A model generated the notes under the pieces. That model searched no databases. It was not told where the DNA came from and worked only from the letters and a program-made list of their open reading frames with translations. From NCBI GenBank assembly GCA_018335675.1, contig JAGXRQ010000050.1, forward strand, positions 34,174-98,173: a stretch of DNA of 64,000 bases, in the 5' to 3' direction. Below are positions 57,388-64,000 of this stretch, in pieces. Every line of letters starts with the position of its first letter. The stretch's first letter is position 1. This stretch comes from Bacteroidota bacterium (GTDB lineage Bacteria; Bacteroidota; Bacteroidia; Bacteroidales; UBA7960). A program made the position numbers and the translations under genes.

Positions 57388-58989
57388 TTATTGTTTGTTT
57401 TTCAGAACTCTATCTGCTGCAAGTTTGCCGGTGAGGATAGACATAGGGACGCCTCCGGGACTATAAACCCATTGCCCTGCCTGGAATATTGAAGGGAATG
57501 GTGTAAAAACAGAGCGATCAGCAATCTGAATTTTATTTACTACCGGCATATCTTCAACAAATTCCCATCCTATTATACCTCCTTCCGAACTGCCAACTCT
57601 GCTTTCAATGTTTAATGGTGAAAACGAAAATTTTCCAATAATTTTATCTTTCATCATTGGGTAAACCGAACTTGAGATTACATCTATAATTCGGGTTTCA
57701 AGTTCAGTAATAAACTCATTTAGCCATCCTTCATCTTTTATTCTTTTAAACAAGTCATATTCAGCAAGCAAACTTATAATTACACCGGTTTTCCCTTGGG
57801 GCGCCATGCCTTTATCTTTTAGCCCGGGAATTGAAATTTCAAAAGTGTTTAGGCTTACAAATTTATCCAGCCATAGCATAATCTCTTCCTTTTTCAAGTT
57901 GTCAAAATTGTCCAACAGGCTTTTTAGCACATCACGGTGAGTTTCTCCCAGACCTTTAGGCGATGGTGTATAAAAGAAATGACCATGAGCAATTTTTGCG
58001 AAACTTTCCAGAGGTTCATCAACTTCAAGAAACAAAGTAAAAACAGAATCCCCACCTCTGTTCTTTAAAATTTTTGTTTTTGTATTCTCAATTTTTGTTT
58101 TTACAGTAGGTGAAAGATTATCAATTTCAGCTGATTTATATAATGTTTTCAAATCAGCAGCCCAAATCAAGTTTTTATATTTATAGCTGTTGTTTTTATC
58201 ATCTATAACAATGTTGTTTTGGGGAAATATTTTTGTGATGATTGTCTCAGTTTTAATTTCTCCTCCAAACTCCAGAAGCTTTTCATGAAGAGATTCGGAT
58301 AGCGTGCCTACTCCACCTTTGGGATAGAAATAATCAAGATAAAGTGAGAAATAGCTTAAAGCAAAAAAAGCAGGAGTGTTCTTGAAGAAATGCTGAGTTA
58401 TTATATCCCTTAATGAGCTATCTTTAATAATGGTTTTTAGATAATCCTCAACAGGAGTGTTCATTCGATTTATTTTCCTAACGGTAAAAATAAATTTTGG
58501 AAACCAAGGCAGAATCTTTTTGAAAATAAAAGGCAGGTCTTTATTAAGGTTTTTAAAAACAGGATTCTCAATTCCATAAAGCACATCCATGTGCTTCATT
58601 ATCCTTTTAATAATTCTTATCACCTCATCAATTTCTTTTTCGCTACGGGGATAGAATTTTTTAAGAAGATCCCTGTATTCCAACAAACTGCTAAGATCTT
58701 TAATGTTAAGAATCTCATTTTCAATCCCAACAGAAACCGGGCTTTTTACAACTTCAAGTTTTATGTTTAAATCTTTAAGCATTGTAAAAATAATACCTGC
58801 ATCTAGCAGCGCTCTAACGCCTGCGTCGAAATGGAAGCCATTATGTGAAAAAGTGTTTACCAGCCCTCCAAATTCTTTGTTTTTTTCAATTAGTAAAACT
58901 TTTTGTTTTTTTCTAGCCAAATAAGTTGCAGACGTTAAGCCTGCTATGCCGCCACCTACAACTACTGCATCGTAATACTTCTCACTCAT
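57388..58989 (-). CDS. NAD(P)/FAD-dependent oxidoreductase, phytoene-desaturase/RetSat-like family
   Basis: N-terminal dinucleotide fold YDAVVVGGGIAGLTSATYLARKKQKVLLIEKNKEFGG. 533 aa with a C-terminal ...GG.PM....G..AA motif. Confidence 0.8.
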   Translation of the reverse strand: MSEKYYDAVVVGGGIAGLTSATYLARKKQKVLLIEKNKEFGGLVNTFSHNGFHFDAGVRALLDAGIIFTMLKDLNIKLEVVKSPVSVGIENEILNIKDLSSLLEYRDLLKKFYPRSEKEIDEVIRIIKRIMKHMDVLYGIENPVFKNLNKDLPFIFKKILPWFPKFIFTVRKINRMNTPVEDYLKTIIKDSSLRDIITQHFFKNTPAFFALSYFSLYLDYFYPKGGVGTLSESLHEKLLEFGGEIKTETIITKIFPQNNIVIDDKNNSYKYKNLIWAADLKTLYKSAEIDNLSPTVKTKIENTKTKILKNRGGDSVFTLFLEVDEPLESFAKIAHGHFFYTPSPKGLGETHRDVLKSLLDNFDNLKKEEIMLWLDKFVSLNTFEISIPGLKDKGMAPQGKTGVIISLLAEYDLFKRIKDEGWLNEFITELETRIIDVISSSVYPMMKDKIIGKFSFSPLNIESRVGSSEGGIIGWEFVEDMPVVNKIQIADRSVFTPFPSIFQAGQWVYSPGGVPMSILTGKLAADRVLKNKQ

Positions 58990-59017
58990 ATTTACTTCAA
59001 TTATTAAAGTTAATACT

Positions 59018-59986
59018 TTATGTTTTTAAATTTAGCTCATTCAAGGCTGTCATAATCAGTGTTTTATCCCACAGTTCAAATGCAACCTCTTTATCTAAAG
59101 CAGGAGGTGCGGGCACTTCTTCCTTTGTTAAGTTAAAGAACTTACCGCTAATGCCTTCTAAATCTTTTGAAACCCCCAAGTAATAAAGCGCCTCTGCCGA
59201 TATTTCAGGTGATTTTAAGGTTTTGTCGAAGATATTTTTTTTAAACCAGCGATACACTCTGCCGTTTTCTTGTCCGGTATCAGTTTTTACAGCTCCCGGG
59301 TGCATTGTGTTTATTGTAACTCCGGAATTTTCAAATTTTTCTTTAAATACAATCATTGATAGAAGTTGGGCTGTTTTGGCAGAGCCATAGCTTTTCAATC
59401 CTGAAAATCTGCGCTTTTCCCAATTTAGATCATCAAGTTTTAATCCCCAGGCAGCAAACCTGTGTCCTTCAGAACCTACTAAAATTATTCTTGCATTTTC
59501 CTGAGCTTTAAGCTTTTTCATTAAGATGTAGTTCATAATGAAAGAAGACAGATAATGAACCGCAAAAACCTTTTCAAAGCCATCCGGGGTTAATTCTCGC
59601 TTCGTAAGATATACTCCCGCATTATGAATTATAACATCTATTGGTTGCTCAAGAGCCGACAGTTCGTTTGAAACTCTAAAAATGTCATTTAAACTACTTA
59701 AGTCGGCAATTAAATAATCGCATTTAACATCAAATTCACTTTCGATTTCAATTTTAAGTTTTTCTGATTTCTCCGGATTTCGATTAACACAAAGCAGATT
59801 AGCTCCATGTGCTGCGTATTTTCGGGCAGTAATATATCCAATTCCGGATGTAGCGCCTGTTATAACAACTAATTTATTCCGAAAATTGTCATTGCAAATA
59901 TTAGGTGCTCGCATATTATTTCTAATCATAGCAAATATGTTAGACCACTTATATTCGTGTATATATTTTGATGTTTTTTTTGCCAT
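59018..59986 (-). CDS. Short-chain dehydrogenase/reductase (retinol-dehydrogenase-like subgroup)
   Basis: VVITGATSGIG, NAG, and Y..SK (YGSAKTA). Confidence 0.85.
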   Translation of the reverse strand: MAKKTSKYIHEYKWSNIFAMIRNNMRAPNICNDNFRNKLVVITGATSGIGYITARKYAAHGANLLCVNRNPEKSEKLKIEIESEFDVKCDYLIADLSSLNDIFRVSNELSALEQPIDVIIHNAGVYLTKRELTPDGFEKVFAVHYLSSFIMNYILMKKLKAQENARIILVGSEGHRFAAWGLKLDDLNWEKRRFSGLKSYGSAKTAQLLSMIVFKEKFENSGVTINTMHPGAVKTDTGQENGRVYRWFKKNIFDKTLKSPEISAEALYYLGVSKDLEGISGKFFNLTKEEVPAPPALDKEVAFELWDKTLIMTALNELNLKT

Positions 59987-59995
59987 AATGTTTTA

Positions 59996-60469
59996 TTAAC
60001 CGAATTTTCTAATCAAAAATCTGCGATACATTTTCCCAAATCGTGGGATATTATTAAAAATATCTCCCCACAAATCGTAGTAATCTCTTTGCTCCTTAAT
60101 TAAGCCATCTTCACTTAACACTAATTTTGTAGCACCATACATTGGAGTATCAGGGTATTTTTTAAACATCATTGTCATCACCCAATCAAACATTATAACG
60201 TTATCATTTTGGGCAATGGATAAGATTTCCATTTTAAGCTGTTTTGTGCGTTTTGTAAGTCTGTTGCACATGGCAATAAAATCGTCAATTCCCTCAATAC
60301 GCTGAATAGTATCCTGAAAAACAATATCCTTGTGATAGTATTTAAAAATGTGCGACCAATCGGGTTTGCCCTCACGATTATAGGTTTGCGTCCATAAAAC
60401 CTTTATTGTGTCAATGTTTAAAGTTTGCATTTCTTGTTCAACCATAGGTTGCTGATCCTGATTATCCAT
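59996..60469 (-). CDS. NTF2-like / SnoaL-like small protein
   Basis: ~150 aa with the pattern of a cone-shaped alpha+beta fold family (...H.DIVF.D......G...F.......). Start uncertain (ATG at 60469, 60445 or 60430). Assignment by resemblance only. Confidence 0.55.
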   Translation of the reverse strand: MDNQDQQPMVEQEMQTLNIDTIKVLWTQTYNREGKPDWSHIFKYYHKDIVFQDTIQRIEGIDDFIAMCNRLTKRTKQLKMEILSIAQNDNVIMFDWVMTMMFKKYPDTPMYGATKLVLSEDGLIKEQRDYYDLWGDIFNNIPRFGKMYRRFLIRKFG

Positions 60470-60888
60470 TCTGCTTTATAATATTTGGGTTTACATTTTA
60501 TTGTTGTTGACTCCTTTAACTCAAAAATCGTTTTTTCAAAAGAAGGAGGACCAAACGTCATGCTTGGGTTGTTGGAAAAGCCGAACCCTTCTGTTGGAAT
60601 ACCAAACCAATTAACATCCAGTGTTTCATTCATGTTCTCGTCGTGAATAAACTTAAAAGAATATTTGCCCGGCTTTAAGTTTTCAACAACAAAAACACAT
60701 TTATTACCTGAAATGTTTTTGGTTAAACCAATTAAACTTACTTCGCGCTCATTGCTAAGCTCTAAGTGGATTTGGCCTTTATTATTGCGGATATTGTTTA
60801 TTTCAACTGTTAAGGTAAGTTGCGCCAAAGAGAGCATTGGCATTAAAAAACAAAATAAAAAATCAACTGTGCTTTTTTCATAAATCAA
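60418..60888 (-). CDS. DUF2141 domain protein (secreted)
   Basis: Signal peptide, then LTVEINNIRNNKGQIHLEL...PGKYSFKFIHDENMN..LD.NWFGIPTEGFGFSNN......GPPSFE...F, the DUF2141 signature. Confidence 0.75.
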   Translation of the reverse strand: MIYEKSTVDFLFCFLMPMLSLAQLTLTVEINNIRNNKGQIHLELSNEREVSLIGLTKNISGNKCVFVVENLKPGKYSFKFIHDENMNETLDVNWFGIPTEGFGFSNNPSMTFGPPSFEKTIFELKESTTIKCKPKYYKAEWIIRISNLWLNKKCKL

Positions 60889-61116
60889 TTGAATGAGACT
60901 AGTATAAAAATGCGGTTTGATATGAATTTCAAATATACTTCATTCAAATATAATACAATTTGAAATACAGTTATCTTCAAATAAAATGATTGAATAGTTT
61001 TCGAGCTTAAATCTGACCATAAGCAAGCTTTTACGATGAATTACAATTTCTGATTTTTCTAAAACAAATTATAAGTTTATCTTAGATAGTCTTAGGAATA
61101 ATTAAGCGTTGATTAA

Positions 61117-62892
61117 TTACCGTATAATCATCAACTTAGCCACATAGCTATATTGGTTTATTTCTAGTTTGCAGAAATATATTCCCGGGTATATATGGCT
61201 TGAATCAATAACAAAGCTATATTTTCCGGCAGGCTTATTTTGGTTGTGTAAAACTTCTATAACTCTTCCTTTGGAATCCAATATTTCCAGCTTTAAAACA
61301 CCATCAGATTTTGTGATTATTTCTATGGTTGTATTAAAAATTGCAGGATTTGGGAAAATAGAAAATTCAGCTATCGAGCTATTTATAACTCCAATGGAGT
61401 TTGCATATGATTTGGATGCATATTCTGTATTGCCATAGCAACCTAGATTAATTCTGCCTCCATTAGGAGCAGGCTCTTTGTCGAAAGGCGAATCCGGATG
61501 GCCGCTGTCAATTCCCGGACTATATACTTCATCATACATCCAGGCTTGGTAATGAGGATCCCATCTACCTGATTTGGATTTGAGATGAAAGTTGTTGTTT
61601 TCGGCATCTGCAAAAAGTGGATCTGCTTTAAAGCTGTTGGTAATTGTGAAATTGCCATCTCCCATGTTGCCTGATTTATAAATTGAAAAATCAATAGATA
61701 AAGAAGAATCTTCACTTACATAAAAGTCGTTATCATTATCATCAGAAGAATTATCCCAAAAAATAGAATTTTTTACAATAACCTCAGAGCCGCCTTCAAC
61801 AAAAATTGCATGTCCATAGCTGTATTCAGCACCAATGTTTTCTGCAATTGTACAGTTTTCAATAATTGTTTTAGCATTTCCATTTGCTCTTAATCCATCA
61901 ACATAAAGAGCGCCATTTCTAAAACTTCCTGTGCATATATTTTTGTAAATCAATTCATTAAACATCCTAACATTTGCACCTTCATCAATAAATACTCCCG
62001 CACCTCCTGATGGAGCGAAATTTCCCGCGTAAATATTTCCTCTTAATTCTATAAAAATCGAATTTGAATATCCGTCAAAAATTCCACCGTCAATTATTAA
62101 GCCGCCACCCCAGCCCCAGCCTTCAAGTATGGCATTGCCAATAAATGAATTATTTTTAATTAATCCCTTTCTTCCGGCAATATAAGCACCAGCCCCATGG
62201 TCAGAATAGATTTCGTTATTTTCAATGTGATTATTTTCTATAATAAACAGATAATCAGTAGAGTGCTGACCAAGAAATAGTCCGCCACCCTTTCCGCAAC
62301 TATTATTTCTTATAATATTATTGGAGATTTCAGCAGCAAATCGGGCGTTAATACCACCGCCATAATCATTTGAACCGGTTAATCCTCCATTATTTTGTAT
62401 TATGTTATTTGCAATTTTAATAAAGCCAAAGCCACCATTTCCCCAATCTTCAGTGTGAATCCCGCGCTGACCTCCTTGAATTGTAAATCCATCTATTTCA
62501 AAATGTCTGTTATTGCCACTTCCTGCGCTAAATTCAATGTTAATCACCGGCAACGAATTATTCCCATTTATTATGGTCACAAATTCTTGACTATCACGAT
62601 TGCCGAAATTCGCCGTCTGATAACCTCCCCATAGAATAATTCCTTTATTGTCTGGAAACTCTATGTTTTCATTGTAAGTTCCCTGTGCTACCTTAACAGT
62701 ATCAAGATTTTGAGCTAGATTTAGGCCAGCCTGAATTGTTTTAAAAGGATTTTGTTGGCTGCCATCAGGTGATGCGCCTGTATTTGAGGCATCTACATAA
62801 ACAATTTGTGCAGAAGCCGAAATATGGATTAAAAATAAAACTGTAAGAAAAGCTTTTTGTCTGATTCTTTTTACAACGACTGATGGTTTCAT
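61117..62892 (-). CDS. Right-handed parallel beta-helix (PbH1) repeat protein with T9SS C-terminal sorting domain
   Basis: The ATG at 62892 gives a signal peptide. Repeated NN.I.NN...GGG units. The C-terminal FPNPA...LEILD..GRVI......KPAGKYSF....S.IYPGIYFCKLE... is a T9SS CTD. Confidence 0.8.
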   Translation of the reverse strand: MKPSVVVKRIRQKAFLTVLFLIHISASAQIVYVDASNTGASPDGSQQNPFKTIQAGLNLAQNLDTVKVAQGTYNENIEFPDNKGIILWGGYQTANFGNRDSQEFVTIINGNNSLPVINIEFSAGSGNNRHFEIDGFTIQGGQRGIHTEDWGNGGFGFIKIANNIIQNNGGLTGSNDYGGGINARFAAEISNNIIRNNSCGKGGGLFLGQHSTDYLFIIENNHIENNEIYSDHGAGAYIAGRKGLIKNNSFIGNAILEGWGWGGGLIIDGGIFDGYSNSIFIELRGNIYAGNFAPSGGAGVFIDEGANVRMFNELIYKNICTGSFRNGALYVDGLRANGNAKTIIENCTIAENIGAEYSYGHAIFVEGGSEVIVKNSIFWDNSSDDNDNDFYVSEDSSLSIDFSIYKSGNMGDGNFTITNSFKADPLFADAENNNFHLKSKSGRWDPHYQAWMYDEVYSPGIDSGHPDSPFDKEPAPNGGRINLGCYGNTEYASKSYANSIGVINSSIAEFSIFPNPAIFNTTIEIITKSDGVLKLEILDSKGRVIEVLHNQNKPAGKYSFVIDSSHIYPGIYFCKLEINQYSYVAKLMIIR

Positions 62893-63027
62893 AGGATTGT
62901 ACAACTTGAGATTAAGGAAATATTATTTGCCATTAAAAACAATAACTATTGTGACAAAAATTGATTTTGCGCAGCAAATGTAATTTAATTTTTATTGCAG
63001 TTGCACAGAGTTAGTCGATTTTGTGCT

Positions 63028-64000
63028 CTATTTTTTAAAAATATGAAACTGATAGGGCGATAATTCTATGCTCCCACTCAAAGTATGATTGCTTAATGTA
63101 ATAGCATTAATCCAGGTTGTGCCCTCTAAAGCAGTCGGAATAGTGAAAGTTATGTTAGAGTTTCTCAGATTAGCCATTATTACAATTTCTTCATCATTGT
63201 AGGTTTTTTTTAAACAAGCAATATCATTGTGAGAGTAAATATTGTTCTGGCCGATTTTGGCTGCATTGGAGCTTTTATAAAACTGAAGTATTTTTTTATA
63301 TGACTCCAGCATTTCAGGGTTATTGTTCCAGTTTATGGTTGAATTGGAAAAGAAAGGAATATTATTGGCAGTGCCAACTTCCTGACTTCCATATATTAGA
63401 GGCACACCTCCGGTGAAAATTGTAACAACAGATGCTGCCAACGCACCGTCAACTCCATTGAATATGCTTATTGGCGTTGCATCCCAAGCTGATTCATCAT
63501 GATTGGTTGTAAATCTTACCCAATGTTTGCCGGACGGAGTATTATTATACTCATTATAATGAGCTGTAAAAATTCTGTTTACGGGATCTCCGTTAAAAAC
63601 ATTCTTTACAGCGCCATAAACTTGCCATCCAAAATTTAAATCAAAACCTGCATTAAAATGGTCGCTTCGAGTTCCTTCTGCAAAAAAGATTAATTTTCTG
63701 TTTGGAATATCGTTTAATGATTTTATTGCCGCTTGCCAGAAATCAAAGGGAACACCGACTGCATAATCACATCTGAAGCCATCAATATTTGCTTCATAAA
63801 CCCAATAAGTCATGGCATCAATCATGGCTGCTCTCATATTATGATTATCATAATTTAAGTCAGCAACATCAAGCCAATTTGTGCCCGGAGGATGAACAAT
63901 GTTTCCATTTCCATCCTGAGTGTACCAACTTTTGTTTTCAATCCATTCATGATCCCATGCAGTATGATTAGCAACCCAGTCCATAATAACAGCTATTCCC
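63028..64000 (-). CDS. GH13 alpha-amylase family glycoside hydrolase (N-terminus outside the window)
   Basis: The reading frame stays open to the window edge (GIAVIMDWVANH is GH13 region I). GFRCDYA (region II nucleophile), FFAEG (region III) and FTTNHDE (region IV). Confidence 0.85.
   Translation of the reverse strand, partial: GIAVIMDWVANHTAWDHEWIENKSWYTQDGNGNIVHPPGTNWLDVADLNYDNHNMRAAMIDAMTYWVYEANIDGFRCDYAVGVPFDFWQAAIKSLNDIPNRKLIFFAEGTRSDHFNAGFDLNFGWQVYGAVKNVFNGDPVNRIFTAHYNEYNNTPSGKHWVRFTTNHDESAWDATPISIFNGVDGALAASVVTIFTGGVPLIYGSQEVGTANNIPFFSNSTINWNNNPEMLESYKKILQFYKSSNAAKIGQNNIYSHNDIACLKKTYNDEEIVIMANLRNSNITFTIPTALEGTTWINAITLSNHTLSGSIELSPYQFHIFKK

Noticed and set aside
60418-60469. 52-nt overlap between the DUF2141 gene and the NTF2-like gene as a possible frameshift or fusion site
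   Set aside because: Both proteins look complete in their own frames. Alternative ATGs at 60445 and 60430 shrink the overlap to 28 or 13 nt, and I see no slippery sequence.

Overview
AT-rich chromosomal segment that reads like a Bacteroidota genome. Evidence for the phylum: two proteins end in type IX secretion (T9SS) C-terminal sorting domains, TAnnTTTG -7 promoter boxes sit in front of several genes, atpD-atpC stand apart from the rest of the atp operon, and there is a dut/TPR/DUF4292-like/M23 block. I can support about 55 genes, and most are core housekeeping. These include rplM-rpsI-rpsB-tsf, pyrH, frr, atpDC, recJ, trpS, hflX, rlmN, dut, tatA, mscL, one tRNA-Arg(CCG), an ECF sigma with a putative anti-sigma partner, cell-wall enzymes and an RND efflux operon. 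I saw no CRISPR array, transposase, integrase, phage genes, or recognisable defence or toxin-antitoxin module, so I cannot point to an obvious new system. The items that deserve a second look are: (1) an orphan wza-wzc pair followed by a ~3,020-aa LamG/beta-helix T9SS cargo protein behind a 309-bp structured leader; (2) an aspartate ammonia-lyase with an N-terminal cyclic-nucleotide-binding-type domain fused in frame; (3) a kinase-only RibF remnant placed 1 nt upstream of an uncharacterised radical SAM/SPASM-like enzyme; (4) a DUF2141 / NTF2-like / SDR / FAD-oxidoreductase / DUF486 gene string of unknown product; (5) short quasi-periodic intergenic repeats (CTGTCAC arrays at two loci, inverted heptamer arrays) and promoter-region palindromes. 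All functional calls come from reading the translated ORFs against remembered family motifs. No database search was run.
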